Assembly (NCBI GenBank): GCA_900547945.1
Contig: URIT01000001.1
Coordinates: forward strand, 25,758-89,757
Direction of reading: 5' to 3'
DNA: 64,000 nt
DNA from: an uncultured bacterium
GTDB lineage: Bacteria; Verrucomicrobiota; Kiritimatiellia; RFP12; UBA1067
Positions 1 to 10,833 of the stretch are shown here, one piece after another. Both the position numbers and the translations under genes were made by a program. Below the pieces are notes generated by a model that was not told where the DNA came from, searched no databases, and was given only the letters and a program-made list of their open reading frames with translations. The first letter of the stretch is position 1. Every line of letters starts with the position of its first letter.

Positions 1-145
1 TCGAGGTCGAAGGACGCCAGGACGTCCGCGACGCGCGGCGAGGGCGGGTAGGGGTTCTCGTTCGTGTTCAGCTTGACGACGGACGCGCTCCGGGGCTGTT
101 CACCCGGGGTGTAGGGCACGAGGGCCCGGACGGATTGTGCGATTC

Positions 146-577
146 TCATTTTTGGGGGGCGGATGCCACGGAGGGCTTCGCGGGTTCGGGCTGGAGCAGG
201 ACGGCGCTCGTGTGATAGGCGCGCCGCGCGAGGAGGCAGACGAGGTACTTTTCGTCCGAACGATGGCTCGTGAGGTTCGCGACCTCCGCGACGCGCTCGC
301 GCAGCATGATCTCCTGCAGCACCTTGAGGTTGTTTTCGACCGTGACGGTGTTGGTGAACCAGCGGCAGTCGGCCTGGTTGGGCGCCTCGACCTTGCCGCT
401 CGCGAGCGGGATGAAGGTGAAGAGGTACCAGCCCGAGTTCTCGATCTCGACGGTGACGACCGGCGTGCGCCCGTCCTCCACGGCGATGCCGTTGTAGGCG
501 CGGGTCGTGCGCACGGTCATGCAGCCGGAGGCGAGGAGAAGCGCGAGCGCGGCGGACAGGACGGAGAGGCGGCTCAT
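146..577 (-). CDS. small secreted lipoprotein (paralog A), unknown function
   Basis: Internal ATG at 577 preceded by GGAGG RBS. Signal peptide [19 protein letters not shown] (lipobox L-A-S-G-C). Shares GWYLF...PLA(S/C)G motif with the adjacent ORF. The 231-aa ORF in the track is an upstream over-extension. Confidence 0.55.
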   Translation of the reverse strand: MSRLSVLSAALALLLASGCMTVRTTRAYNGIAVEDGRTPVVTVEIENSGWYLFTFIPLASGKVEAPNQADCRWFTNTVTVENNLKVLQEIMLRERVAEVANLTSHRSDEKYLVCLLARRAYHTSAVLLQPEPAKPSVASAPQK

Positions 578-1011
578 TGTGCGCCTCCTTCCACCGGACG
601 GTTCACGAGCACGCAGGAGAGCTGCGTTTCGCGGAAGGTGAGGATGTAGGGGATCGGCAGGGGGAAGGACGTACCGGGGATGGAGATCAGCACCTGCTCG
701 TCGTTGAAGACGTTGAGGTCCGTCACGTTGCGGCCCTTTTTCGCCGCATAGCGCGTAAGCCGGTCCTGGAGAATGTCGGCGTTGACGTCGTCCCGGAAGA
801 GCCGCCAGCGGAACGTCGCGTCCTCGTAGGCGTTCCCGCACGCGAGCGGCCAGGCGTTGAAGAGGTACCAGCCGTTGTTCGCGATGACGACGTGCTCGGT
901 CGGCACGCCGTGGAGCGTGCGGAGACGCATGGGCGCGGCGTCCATCGAGAAGCAGCCCGCGCCGAACGCGAGAAGGGCGGAAAGACCCAGGTGGAGAAGT
1001 CGTTTTTTCAT
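574..1011 (-). CDS. small secreted lipoprotein (paralog B), unknown function
   Basis: [20 protein letters not shown] lipoprotein signal. Paralogous to 146..577 ([15 protein letters not shown] vs [16 protein letters not shown]). Stop overlaps downstream start (574..577). Confidence 0.55.
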   Translation of the reverse strand: MKKRLLHLGLSALLAFGAGCFSMDAAPMRLRTLHGVPTEHVVIANNGWYLFNAWPLACGNAYEDATFRWRLFRDDVNADILQDRLTRYAAKKGRNVTDLNVFNDEQVLISIPGTSFPLPIPYILTFRETQLSCVLVNRPVEGGAQ

Positions 1012-1142
1012 GTGCGGAAATTATAGCAAATCGGCTTGACGCCTGTACCCAAATAATTCCACGAAACGCGAAAAGCGAAAAGCCCCGTGGCGGTCTTCGT
1101 CTACACGTGGCCCGTGCCCCCTGCTGTCGCGCGCCCCCCTAC

Positions 1143-1171
1143 TTGACGAAACGGAGGTGATGGATTAAACT
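1143..1171 (+). promoter_or_regulatory. putative sigma70-like promoter (TTGACG-N17-TAAACT) of the 1202 gene
   Basis: Hexamers read directly upstream of the RBS-like GGAG at 1195. Confidence 0.3.
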
Positions 1172-1201
1172 GAAGCTTTCCAAAAGAAAGGATAACGGAG
1201 T

Positions 1202-4200
1202 ATGTGTGGAAAGATGGCCATTTACGCGGGAATCTGGGCGGCCGTGATGGCAACCGGTCCTCTACGGGCGAGGGACATCTCCTTCACGGGCGGTACGGAT
1301 GGAACCGGTGTCGATCTTGCCGCAGCCGCCAACTGGGACGGTGGCGCGCTCCCAACGGCGGATGACACGGGCGTTGTTGCCGTAAGAGAGCATAGGGGTG
1401 GGTACGTCCTTTCGGGTGATCTCGCCCTGGGTGGAATCCGCTTCGAGAACAAGACCGCCCCTGTTTCGCTTGTCTCCGAACACACGCTTACGCTGGGCGC
1501 GGCGGGGCTCACGCTGACGGGGACGGGCGACGTCGAACTACGCGTGCCGCTTGCGACGGCGGCCGACCAGACGTGGAACTTCGGCAAGGGTGCTGCGCAC
1601 CTCCATGCCACCATTTCGGGCACGGCGACGCTGACGATTGCCAAGGCCGACGGGAGTTCGACGGTCGTCTACTACCACAAGGCCCCGAACTACGGCGGAA
1701 AGATCATCGGCAAGACGGAGGTGCGCTACTTTGACCGTGGCAGGTGGGCCGATTCGTACGAGGGATCCGCCGTCGTCTATTTCATGATGACGGGAAACGT
1801 CGAGATTACCGCGTCGGAGCTTCTGCCCGGCGGGTATTCCAACACGGCCTGGGATCCGAACACGGTCTGGTGCCGCCAGGACGGCTTGGATCTCCAGAAC
1901 AACCCCACATACGGCTACCTCCTCTACGATACCGACAACTGGACGTGTGGCGGTGTCGGGCCGATGCTGAGCGCCGGACGTATCCGGCAGACGGGCGGCG
2001 TCCTGAAGGGGCTCGGGCATGGTCCGCAGTTCGGCAGTTCGCACCCGCAGAAAACCCAGCCCGGCTATGGCAATTCGTATCCCGTCTCCTATCTTCTCGA
2101 AGGCGGCGTGCTTGAAGCTCGGAACGTCACCCTGGGCGATTATCAGAAAAACACGCGGCAGCCCTATGCTTTCAAGCAGACGGGTGGGCGCCTGTCGGCC
2201 TCGGTGGTCAGCATCGGCGGCGGGCGGCAGTCCAATGCGGGGACGTGGGCGGAGTATGTCCTCGGCGGCGGTACGCTTGACGTTGGCGTCGCGCAGACGG
2301 AACGTATGCGCGCCATCCAGCTTTTCGCCGCCGGCGACGATGCGGGCGGGGGCGCCGGCCTTTTCCTCCAGACGGGCGGCGTCGCGCAGGTCCATGCCGT
2401 CCGCTGGGGTGCGGGTGACGTCGACCATATCGGAAGCCCGCTTCAGAACAGCGCGGAGAGAACGCGGGCGCGGAACAGCCGTGGCTTTGGCCTCTTCGAG
2501 CTTCGGGACGGCGCATTCAACCTGGGGGCGGGTGGCTTTGGCGTGTCAAAGTGGTGGAACACGGTCGCGACGAACGCCGGCTACGCCGTGAACCTGTGGG
2601 GCGGCACGCTCGTTTCGACGGTTGATCAGACGTGCAAGCTCGCGTTGAACCTGCCACCATCCGAGACGCCCTTTACGCTCAGGACCGACGGCACATTCCG
2701 CCACCTTGCGCCGCTTGCGGGCGAGGGGACGCTCGTGAAGACGGGTGGACAGGCGCTCTACCTGACGGACGCGACGCGCTTTCGCGGCAGTCTCCGCGTC
2801 GAGGCGGGCGAGGTGTCCCTTGTCGGAAACGGCTCGTTCGAGGACCTGACGGAGGGCGCGTTTGTCTGGACGGGCGACGACGTGCAGGCGAAACAGGCGC
2901 TCGCGGACGGCGATGCGCTGAACGGGTGGACAGCGACGGACGGCCAGACGACGTTCACGCAGCTGCCGACGCCCGCGGAATCGACAGTTGCCGTGACGGC
3001 CCCGACGCTGAAGGCGGGCGACGCGGCCTTCGCGGGCCATGCGTCCGTTTCGTTCAACAGGTCGGCCCTGAAGCTCGCCGCCGAGCAGAATCCCCTTAGC
3101 GGCGTCCCGGACTTCACGGTTGCCCTCGTCTTCCGCATTAAGCAGGGGGATCTGACATGTACGGAGGAGATGGACTACGCATGGTTTTTTGCAAGCAGTC
3201 TGCTGGGAAGTTCGGAGGCGTCGATCACGCTGTCGCACACGCGGGCGGGCAACTTTTCGTCCACGCCGCGCGTCGTCTTCGGCTGCACGAGGGACCGTAA
3301 GAACGGACAGTATTTCTCGGAGCCGGACTACGACATGAACGACGGTCGTGCGCATGTCGTGGTCATTTCCTGCACGACGAACGGCGTGGCGATCACGGGC
3401 GACGGCTTCGATGGCGTGAACGACCTTCCGGCGTCCGCCACGGCGTGGTTCCGGAACTGTGCGCTCTATCTGGGCGGAAAGTGCAACGAGGACAAGTTTA
3501 CGCATGTCAACCAGTTCACCTACGCCCACCTCGCGGAACTGCGACTCTACCCGAACCGGGCGCTCTCCGAGGTGGAACGCTTCCGCGTCGGTACCGCGCT
3601 CGCGCGTACGTATGGCCTGAACGAGCCGGGGACAATACGCTCCCAGGCCCGCGTGGCGGGGTTCCCGGAGGCGTCAGCCGAGCCCGAGGTGCCTGCGACG
3701 GACTATGTGTGGGATGCGGACGACCTCGCCACCCTGAAAGACGGCGGCGACCGCGCGGATGGTGCGGAGGTGACGGCGTGGCCCGTTTCGGGTACGGCGG
3801 AGGACCGCCTCGCGGCTACGAAGGCGAAGTGCAGCGGGCAGACCCTGAATGCGCCAACGTTCGTCAAGGGCGCGGCGAACGGGCACGCCGCCGTCCGTTT
3901 CGACCGGGCGCGCAAGACAGGTCTTGCCACGGCGAAGAATGAGAATCCGCTCAGCGGGGCTACGAGCTGGTCGGCGGTTGTCGTTTTCCGCACGACGGTC
4001 GACAGCGCGACGGGAACGGGCGGGGCGTCGGCTGCGGAAGTCTCGGGCGGCGAAGGCATCTTTGGTGCGCGCAATAACTCATGGGCGTGCAGCGACTGGG
4101 GGTTCTCCTGGCACCGGGAGGGCACGATCCTGGCCGCCTGGGGGTTTGGGCCGGAAAGCGGGTACTCGACAAAGCGCTGCTTCTTCAGTCGAAATCCGTT

Positions 4201-4999
4201 CCGCCTGAACGACGGACTGCCACATGTCGCCGTCCTCACGTGCGACGGCGCGGCGCCAATGACGCGGTATTTCGTCGATGGCCGCGAAATCGCGACTTCA
4301 ACGTCAAAGGTCGATTCCCAGACGACGGAGAATGGGGGAACCCCGTTGATGTTCGGACTGCTCAACTACGGCGCTGCCTTCGGTTACTTTTCGGGCGACA
4401 TTTTCGCGGCGTGCCTCTACACGCGGGCCCTGACGCCCGAGGAGTGCCGGCTGGTCTGCAACCACTACGCGACGCGCCTCGGCTTCGCTCGGAGCGGCAT
4501 GATGCCGGTCGGTCTTGAGAACCTCGAGGCGACGGGCCTCGCCGCGACGAATGTTACGGTTGCCGACGGTGCGACGCTGCGTCTGCCGCGTACGGACGCA
4601 GCGCCCTATTTGGTGAGACCCGGCGTCTCGCTGAACGGCGCAGGTACGGTGAAGGGGACGGTCCGTTTCGCGTCCGGCGCTGTCCAAGTGGCGGAAGGTC
4701 CTTCCATTGAGGAAGCACGCCTCGCGCCCGGCGCGGTACTTGCGGTCGCCTATGGTACGGTTGCGTCGCTCGGCGCGACGGTCGTCGAGGGCCCCCTCTC
4801 CGTGCGCATCGAGGCGCTGCCCGCCGATGGACCGGTGCGGGCGAAAACGAAGCTCTGCACGTTCGCGTCCCTTGACGTTGCGGAGGGGGCGACGCTGACA
4901 CCGGTCGGCGCGCACGTGAACGGGTCCATGTCGCTTTGCGTGGTTGACAATGACCTCTACCTCGTCGCGCAGCGCGGCCTTACGCTGATTATCCGCTAG
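1202..4999 (+). CDS. large secreted surface protein with autotransporter-associated beta-strand (PATR) repeats and LamG/concanavalin-like domains
   Basis: 1265 aa with hydrophobic N-terminus. HTLTLGAAGLTLTGTGDVELRV is PATR-like. Two LamG-like segments (DFTVALVFRIK..., ATSWSAVVVFRT...). C-terminus ...GLTLIIR shared with the 41295..44498 and 37338..38061 products. Confidence 0.6.
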   Translation: MCGKMAIYAGIWAAVMATGPLRARDISFTGGTDGTGVDLAAAANWDGGALPTADDTGVVAVREHRGGYVLSGDLALGGIRFENKTAPVSLVSEHTLTLGAAGLTLTGTGDVELRVPLATAADQTWNFGKGAAHLHATISGTATLTIAKADGSSTVVYYHKAPNYGGKIIGKTEVRYFDRGRWADSYEGSAVVYFMMTGNVEITASELLPGGYSNTAWDPNTVWCRQDGLDLQNNPTYGYLLYDTDNWTCGGVGPMLSAGRIRQTGGVLKGLGHGPQFGSSHPQKTQPGYGNSYPVSYLLEGGVLEARNVTLGDYQKNTRQPYAFKQTGGRLSASVVSIGGGRQSNAGTWAEYVLGGGTLDVGVAQTERMRAIQLFAAGDDAGGGAGLFLQTGGVAQVHAVRWGAGDVDHIGSPLQNSAERTRARNSRGFGLFELRDGAFNLGAGGFGVSKWWNTVATNAGYAVNLWGGTLVSTVDQTCKLALNLPPSETPFTLRTDGTFRHLAPLAGEGTLVKTGGQALYLTDATRFRGSLRVEAGEVSLVGNGSFEDLTEGAFVWTGDDVQAKQALADGDALNGWTATDGQTTFTQLPTPAESTVAVTAPTLKAGDAAFAGHASVSFNRSALKLAAEQNPLSGVPDFTVALVFRIKQGDLTCTEEMDYAWFFASSLLGSSEASITLSHTRAGNFSSTPRVVFGCTRDRKNGQYFSEPDYDMNDGRAHVVVISCTTNGVAITGDGFDGVNDLPASATAWFRNCALYLGGKCNEDKFTHVNQFTYAHLAELRLYPNRALSEVERFRVGTALARTYGLNEPGTIRSQARVAGFPEASAEPEVPATDYVWDADDLATLKDGGDRADGAEVTAWPVSGTAEDRLAATKAKCSGQTLNAPTFVKGAANGHAAVRFDRARKTGLATAKNENPLSGATSWSAVVVFRTTVDSATGTGGASAAEVSGGEGIFGARNNSWACSDWGFSWHREGTILAAWGFGPESGYSTKRCFFSRNPFRLNDGLPHVAVLTCDGAAPMTRYFVDGREIATSTSKVDSQTTENGGTPLMFGLLNYGAAFGYFSGDIFAACLYTRALTPEECRLVCNHYATRLGFARSGMMPVGLENLEATGLAATNVTVADGATLRLPRTDAAPYLVRPGVSLNGAGTVKGTVRFASGAVQVAEGPSIEEARLAPGAVLAVAYGTVASLGATVVEGPLSVRIEALPADGPVRAKTKLCTFASLDVAEGATLTPVGAHVNGSMSLCVVDNDLYLVAQRGLTLIIR

Positions 5000-5083
5000 G
5001 GAGAAAGGTGGGAGACCGCCCGCTGGGCCGAATCGCACAATCGTACCCGAGATGCGCCCGTCTCTCGCAACGGCCATGCTTTG

Positions 5084-5092
5084 TGCTATAAT
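5084..5092 (+). promoter_or_regulatory. extended -10 promoter (TGcTATAAT) of the jetA operon; near-leaderless
   Basis: TGCTATAAT at 5084..5092, ATG at 5106 only about 13 nt downstream. Confidence 0.4.
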
Positions 5093-5105
5093 GGCGGCAT
5101 AAAGA

Positions 5106-6707
5106 ATGAGCATGTCGCTTATGAGACGTAAGAACGAGAATGTGACGGGGGGCCTCTTTGCGGCGGCGGGCGTTTCGTCCGAACCGGTCGCGATGACGGT
5201 TTCGGCGCCGCTGATCGACTCGGCCCTGGTCGCCGAATCTGCGGTCTGGCTGTCGAAGCGCGCGGTCACGCTCGGCAACCTCCTCGCCAGCGACCGTGCG
5301 GCCGAATACGTGGCGATTCTGCGCGCGTTCGCCAAACTGCGCGAGGGACACGAACCTGAGCCGCTGCATGAGTCCGTCCTGCGCGAGGTCTGCGGCGAAG
5401 ACGCCTCGCCGGACGCCGAACAGCAGTTCAAGGCGTCCGTCCGCCAGCTGAAGGACTGGAAGCTTCTCACCGAACGGATTGAGAAGGAGCGTCTGCGCGG
5501 CTATCGTGACAAGCGGCGGGATAAGTTCCGCTATCGGCTGGAGGATGACGCGATTGCCTTCGTCGGCTGGCTCGAGGACCGCCATGCGAAGGACCTCTCC
5601 CCCGAAGGCGCGGACATCACCGGAAACCTTCTCGACATGCAGTGCTCGCTGCTCCACGAGCTGCGGCGCAAGCTGCGGACGGTCGATCCGGAGAAGGTCG
5701 ACTACGAGTCGTCCGGCGACATCCTCTATCGCGTCGAGCAGCTGCGCCTGTATGTCGAGGCGACGGCGAAGACGCTGCAGGTCCTGAATCTGCGCCTCCT
5801 CGCGTTCGGCACGGTCTTCAAGCCGGACGAGGCGAAGGCGATCGTCGGCGAGCTCGGTGTCTTCCTCGAGCGGTTCGGACGGCGCTTCGGCGTCCTGTGC
5901 GAGGAGATTGTGACGGACCTCTTGGAACTCGGCAAGGCATCTCATGTCGGACGCTGGACCGCCTGCGTCGAGCGGCTCCGCACCGAGGCCGCACGCTTCA
6001 CGCACATCTCGTCCGTTCGCGTTCCCGATCCGTTCCGCATTCTCGCGGATGCCACGGCCTTCTATGCGCCCGAGGGCAGTCTCGTTTCGCTGATGTCGCG
6101 CGTGACGGACTCGGCGCGTCGCGTCTGGGGCAAGCTGAATGCGCGTCTGCGCGAACTCGAACGGCGCAATCATCGGCTCGAGGACCTGGGGGCGCGACTC
6201 AAGGAATTTGCGCTTCTGGCGGAAGACGAGGTGCCGTCGAACTGGATGAGACGGCTTCTCGAGACGGCCTCGCTCCGCGGCGACGCGCAGATCAGTCCCG
6301 ACGGCGAGAAGGTAAAGCATCCGCTTCCGAAACTCGTCGAGCGCAAGAAGCGCGAGCGCATCGTCACCTGGATCACGCCGCGGAAGGTCGGCGAGAAGGC
6401 GGACGTCCTCTCGATTGACCAGGCACGCGGCGACCGGCTCAAGGAGTGGATGAAGGCACGCGGCATCTCGCCGTCCGCGAACGAATCCGTCCGCCTGAGC
6501 GCCGGACAGTACGCGTCCTTCGACGACTGCCGCGGACTCGTCCAGCTCATCGAAAGCGTCCGTCTCGGAAATGGTGCCAAGGCCCGTCGCTATCTCGGCG
6601 TCGAAGGCCGCCCCGAATCCGCCCCCGTCGAAGTCGCCACCCCCGAAGGCGCCCTCGCCTTCGAAGATCTGACCCTCCGTGTGTATCAAGAGAAGGATCC
6701 CAAATGA
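5106..6707 (+). CDS. jetA: Wadjet JetA (MksF-like kleisin subunit)
   Basis: 533 aa. First gene of a four-gene translationally coupled operon (ATGA overlap with next gene). Size and position match JetA/MksF. Confidence 0.6.
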   Translation: MSMSLMRRKNENVTGGLFAAAGVSSEPVAMTVSAPLIDSALVAESAVWLSKRAVTLGNLLASDRAAEYVAILRAFAKLREGHEPEPLHESVLREVCGEDASPDAEQQFKASVRQLKDWKLLTERIEKERLRGYRDKRRDKFRYRLEDDAIAFVGWLEDRHAKDLSPEGADITGNLLDMQCSLLHELRRKLRTVDPEKVDYESSGDILYRVEQLRLYVEATAKTLQVLNLRLLAFGTVFKPDEAKAIVGELGVFLERFGRRFGVLCEEIVTDLLELGKASHVGRWTACVERLRTEAARFTHISSVRVPDPFRILADATAFYAPEGSLVSLMSRVTDSARRVWGKLNARLRELERRNHRLEDLGARLKEFALLAEDEVPSNWMRRLLETASLRGDAQISPDGEKVKHPLPKLVERKKRERIVTWITPRKVGEKADVLSIDQARGDRLKEWMKARGISPSANESVRLSAGQYASFDDCRGLVQLIESVRLGNGAKARRYLGVEGRPESAPVEVATPEGALAFEDLTLRVYQEKDPK

Positions 6708-7348
6708 AACTCGAAGCTTTGATTGAAAAGGGGGATGCGACGTCACAGCTGGTGCGGGCGACGCTTAATATTCTCTTGGAGTCGCCGTATTTCTACAAGA
6801 CGGATGACGAGCGTGCGTTCCTGACTGTGATGCGGTACCGTCAGGCGTTTGCCGCGTTCTTCGAGAAGATGTTCGGTTGGACGCTGGTGATGGACGCGAA
6901 ATGCATTCGCCTCTACAAGCCGAAATGGTACAACGAGGCGATCACCCAGGCGAACCGCGATCTCTTCGGCTTCACGCGCCGCGACGCCTGCATCGGTTTC
7001 CTCTTGCTCCTTGAATTCTTCGAACGCGAGGCGCGTGAGCAGGGTGTGACGACTGAGGATCGCGAAAACCTCAAGTTCCTTTTCGGCGACTGGCTTGAAT
7101 ATTCGGCTTTGCGGTTCCGTCAGCTCTTCCCGGACAAGACCGACGCCTATACGGACGAGAAGGTCCGCCAGATTCTGCGCGAGATCATGCCGTCCCTCGA
7201 GCGCTACCGCTTCCTGCGTAAGGTGCGTCCCTCTGCCGACGAATCGGTCGGCGAATCCGAAACGATCTACGAAGCCCTGCCCGCCATGTGGCACTACCAG
7301 GCCAACCAGCTCGTCGAGTCCGTCACGTTCGAGGAGAACCCGGCATGA
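6704..7348 (+). CDS. jetB: Wadjet JetB (MksE-like subunit)
   Basis: 214 aa. ATG at 6704 overlaps jetA stop (ATGA), and its stop overlaps jetC start (7345..7348). Size and position match JetB/MksE. Confidence 0.55.
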   Translation: MKLEALIEKGDATSQLVRATLNILLESPYFYKTDDERAFLTVMRYRQAFAAFFEKMFGWTLVMDAKCIRLYKPKWYNEAITQANRDLFGFTRRDACIGFLLLLEFFEREAREQGVTTEDRENLKFLFGDWLEYSALRFRQLFPDKTDAYTDEKVRQILREIMPSLERYRFLRKVRPSADESVGESETIYEALPAMWHYQANQLVESVTFEENPA

Positions 7349-10300
7349 AACCGTCCGAGAACTACCGCGTGACCGCCGTTCGGCTGGTCGAGTTCCATAA
7401 CCTCGGGACGACGACCGTGGAGCTTCCCGAGGGCGGACACCTCTTCCTCCTGGGCGACAACGGATCGGGAAAGACGACGCTCCTTGATGCAATCCATCTC
7501 GTCCTCACCGCCGGACGGGATATGGAGTTCAATTCGGCCGCACGTGTCGCCGGGGCGAAGGATTCGGGCGGCCGCAGCTATCAGGGCGTCGTCCTCCGCT
7601 ACAATGCGGTAACGGGGCGTCCCTATCGCGAGACCGGCATCACGTATGCCGCGCTGGAACTCACGTCCGATTCGGGCCGCACGCTTTCCCTCGCCGTCGG
7701 CCTTGCCGCCGAAGGCATGGACGTCGCCATCGAGCGCTGGGGCGGACTCGCCTCCGTCTCGATCGCTGACCTTCCGCTGACGGTCACGGAGAACGGACGC
7801 GAACGCGCCGCGACGCCGAGCGAATTCAAGAAAGGGATGAACGATCTCACCGGCGGCCGCGCCTATGCGCACATCAACGACTATGCGAAGACTGTCGGGG
7901 AACGCCTTTTCGGCGGCGAGGAGAAATACGCCGACGTGTGCAAGCTCCTGCGCACGGGCAAGGCCTACCGCGAGATCGCCGCGCGTGCGGCAAACTATGA
8001 CGAACTCTTCCGTCAGCTCCTTGAGGATCCCTCGCGCGACACGTTCGAGCCGCTCCTCAAGGGACTTCGCGAACTCGAGGAAAGCAAGGGCAAGCTCGAA
8101 CAGATCGACGAGCGCGCGAAGTACCTGACGGACCTCCAGCGCGAGAGCGACCGGCTTGCGGACCATCGCCTCGGCCTCGCGCTCGTTGCTTGGTCCGAGG
8201 CGGAAGCGATGCGCACGCGGGCGGAAGCCCAGGTGGCGCAGCTGACGGCGGCGCATGATGCCGGCGAGCAGGAAAAGGCTGCGCTCGCAAAGCAGGCCGT
8301 CGAAGCGCATGCCGAGACGGAGCGCTTGCGCGGACGCCTTGCGGAACTGCGGGCGAAGGATTCGTCCGGCCTCGTCAGACGCGAGAAAGAGGCGCGTCTT
8401 CGTCTCGAGCATGCGGCACGCCGCACGGCCGAAGCCCGCACGGTTGCCGAAACGCAGCGGATGGCACTTGTCGCCGAACAGAAGGGACTCTCCCGCGTCC
8501 AGAAGGACCGCGCCGCGCAGGCCAAGGCGTCCGGTGACTTTTTCCAGAAGCAGGCCAAGACGTCCGGACTTTCCTTCGGGACACTGACCGACGCGCTCTT
8601 TGCTGTTGCGAACGGCGTCCTTGACGTTTCGACCGAACCGGCCTTTAACGAGGCGCGGCGCGTTGTTGTCGCCAGCCGCGAGGAGCGGACGCGTGCCGCC
8701 TATGAGGCGGAACGGACCAGTGGTGCGGCACAGGAGGCTGCCGATGCGGCGTCCGTCGAGTTGAAGCGGCTGACGACGCAAGGCGAAAGCCTGCCGCAGG
8801 TTGCGGGCTTTGCGACCGTGCGCGAAGAGCTTCGCGCCGCGATGATCTCCGCCCGTCCCGTCTATGAGCTTCTCGAACCCGCGCCCGGCTGTGACGCGCG
8901 TCACCTCGCTTTGCTCGAACGGCTCCTGGGCGATGATTTCCTCGCGACGTGGCTGGTGGATGCGGACCAGGCCGATGTCGTGCGCCGTGCGGTCTGGCAG
9001 GAGGGGACCGCGGCGGCTGTGTCCGAACGCGGACAGAACGGCGCGGCCGATCCGTCCGTCCTCACGCCTTGGCTCGGCGCCTACCTGTCGTATGAGGAGT
9101 CCGATCCGGAGGCGATCCGCCTTGTCGCGGCGCAGCTGGTGGCGAAGACGGGACCGCACGACGCGGACTTCCTGTCCCTCAAGACCTGGAGCTATCGCTG
9201 CCGCGAGGGGCTGTTCTCGGACGTGAAGCCGCGGCTCATCGGACGCAAGGCGCGCGAGGCGGAGCAGTCACGGCTGGTGCGTGCGGCAGAGGCGCGCGTA
9301 GCGGAAGCGGAGCGGACGCTGAAAGCGGCGCAGAAGGCGGAGGGCGAGGCGAACCGCGCGCTCGCGTTGGCCCGTGAACTCGAGGAAAAGCTTGAAGCGG
9401 TCCGCACGGCCGATTGGCGATTGGGCGAAGACTGCCGCGCCGCGTCCTCGCGTGTGGCGCGGGCGGAGGAGAGCGCGCATCTCGCGGAGTCGCGGCTTGG
9501 TGAACAGCAGGCGGACGAAAAGCTGGTTCGAGACGAGCTGGACGACCTTCGCCTGCAGATGCGAGAGGCCGGCATTGACGAATCGCTCGAAAAGAAAGTC
9601 GCCTCCTTGGAACGCAAGGTCGCGGCAGGCGAAGATGACGAGCGTCGCATCCTCGAAGCCTTCGGCGCGGTGAAGGGACGTCTCCAGGCGTTGGCCGATC
9701 AGCAGACCGTGCGCGCTGTCGAAGCGTCGCGTGCGGCGGAAGAGGCCGCGCGGGTGGCGGCGTCACTGGCGGACAAGGTGCCGGAAGGGGAGACGGTGGC
9801 GGACCTTGTCCGTCGGACCGACGCGGACCTCCTCGCGCCGAACGCGGACTTCGCGATGCGCCGCGAGCGGCTTTACGCCGATGCCCGTGTCGCCGAGGCG
9901 ACGATTGCGAACAAGATCCGCGATGCGAAGGGCGAGGCGTATTCGTTCTCGTTCGATGTGGCGAACAATATCATCGCAGACCGGCGCGGGAGCGTCTTGC
10001 GTGAGGTCATGGCGGATGAGTCGCGTCGCCTGGACGAATTGCGCGAGGTCATCGACCGTCGGAGCCGCGAGGTCTTCGAGCGCATTTTCATGGGCGAGGT
10101 CATGCAGCGGCTGTATGTCAACTATCTGCAGATCGACGGACTCGTCAAGCGGATCCAGCGCAAGCTGGCGGGACGCCGCTTCGGGTCCAACCGCTACGAA
10201 TTCACGGTCGCGCCGCTGCCCGAATACGAAGGCTTCGTGGACCTCGTCCGCAAGGGACATCTCCTCGACGTGGCGGAAGGGAAGGACGAGCTCAGGACGT

Positions 10301-10833
10301 ATCTCGAGGCGCATCGCGAGGAGATCATGAACGCGGACCTCGATACGGTGCCGCCGCTCTTCGACTACCGCAAGTGGTTCCGCTTCCAGCTGAAGGTGCT
10401 GGTGGAGAATGAAGAGGGCAAGGTGATCGACCGCAAGCTGAAGAGCATGGGCTCGGGCGGCGAGCAGGCGGTGCCGAACTATCTCCTCATCCTGACGGTG
10501 GCGGAGTTCCTCTATCACGGGAGCGAATCGTCCGATCCGCCGAAGGCCGCACCGCTTCTCTTCGACGAGGCCTTCTACGGCATCGACGCGGCGCGGCGCG
10601 ATCAGCTTCTCGCGTTCGCGGATGATCTCGGGCTCCAGCTCTTCGTCTCCTCGCCCGATCAGGACGGTGTGAAGCGCGAGATCAAGCATTCGGTCTCCCT
10701 GATCGTGGTCAAGGACGAGAACCTCGACGTCCACCTGAGTCCGATCCACTGGAACAACACCCCCAGCCAAGGCGGCCTCTTTGGAGACGAAGGCCCCGCC
10801 GTGGGCATGACGGTGATGGAGGAGACGCGGTGA
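7345..10833 (+). CDS. jetC: Wadjet JetC (MksB-like SMC-family ATPase)
   Basis: N-terminal Walker A GDNGSGKTTLLDAI (about 7453..7500). Long Ala/Glu/Arg-rich coiled coils. C-terminal ABC signature SGGEQ, Walker B LLFDEAF and D-loop GID (about 10447..10600). Confidence 0.8.
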   Translation: MKPSENYRVTAVRLVEFHNLGTTTVELPEGGHLFLLGDNGSGKTTLLDAIHLVLTAGRDMEFNSAARVAGAKDSGGRSYQGVVLRYNAVTGRPYRETGITYAALELTSDSGRTLSLAVGLAAEGMDVAIERWGGLASVSIADLPLTVTENGRERAATPSEFKKGMNDLTGGRAYAHINDYAKTVGERLFGGEEKYADVCKLLRTGKAYREIAARAANYDELFRQLLEDPSRDTFEPLLKGLRELEESKGKLEQIDERAKYLTDLQRESDRLADHRLGLALVAWSEAEAMRTRAEAQVAQLTAAHDAGEQEKAALAKQAVEAHAETERLRGRLAELRAKDSSGLVRREKEARLRLEHAARRTAEARTVAETQRMALVAEQKGLSRVQKDRAAQAKASGDFFQKQAKTSGLSFGTLTDALFAVANGVLDVSTEPAFNEARRVVVASREERTRAAYEAERTSGAAQEAADAASVELKRLTTQGESLPQVAGFATVREELRAAMISARPVYELLEPAPGCDARHLALLERLLGDDFLATWLVDADQADVVRRAVWQEGTAAAVSERGQNGAADPSVLTPWLGAYLSYEESDPEAIRLVAAQLVAKTGPHDADFLSLKTWSYRCREGLFSDVKPRLIGRKAREAEQSRLVRAAEARVAEAERTLKAAQKAEGEANRALALARELEEKLEAVRTADWRLGEDCRAASSRVARAEESAHLAESRLGEQQADEKLVRDELDDLRLQMREAGIDESLEKKVASLERKVAAGEDDERRILEAFGAVKGRLQALADQQTVRAVEASRAAEEAARVAASLADKVPEGETVADLVRRTDADLLAPNADFAMRRERLYADARVAEATIANKIRDAKGEAYSFSFDVANNIIADRRGSVLREVMADESRRLDELREVIDRRSREVFERIFMGEVMQRLYVNYLQIDGLVKRIQRKLAGRRFGSNRYEFTVAPLPEYEGFVDLVRKGHLLDVAEGKDELRTYLEAHREEIMNADLDTVPPLFDYRKWFRFQLKVLVENEEGKVIDRKLKSMGSGGEQAVPNYLLILTVAEFLYHGSESSDPPKAAPLLFDEAFYGIDAARRDQLLAFADDLGLQLFVSSPDQDGVKREIKHSVSLIVVKDENLDVHLSPIHWNNTPSQGGLFGDEGPAVGMTVMEETR

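Noticed and set aside
4989-6746. Long antisense or alternate-frame ORFs throughout the window (e.g. 4989..6746 -, 7294..9159 -, 22415..25069 -, 25121..26899 -, 30546..33044 -, 34056..35771 -, 41556..43400 -, 59863..63138 +, 25027..28545 +)
   Set aside because: At about 70% GC, stop codons are rare in all frames. These ORFs are Arg/Ala/Gly/Pro-rich low-complexity translations opposite or overlapping genes with clear homology. They are treated as artefacts.
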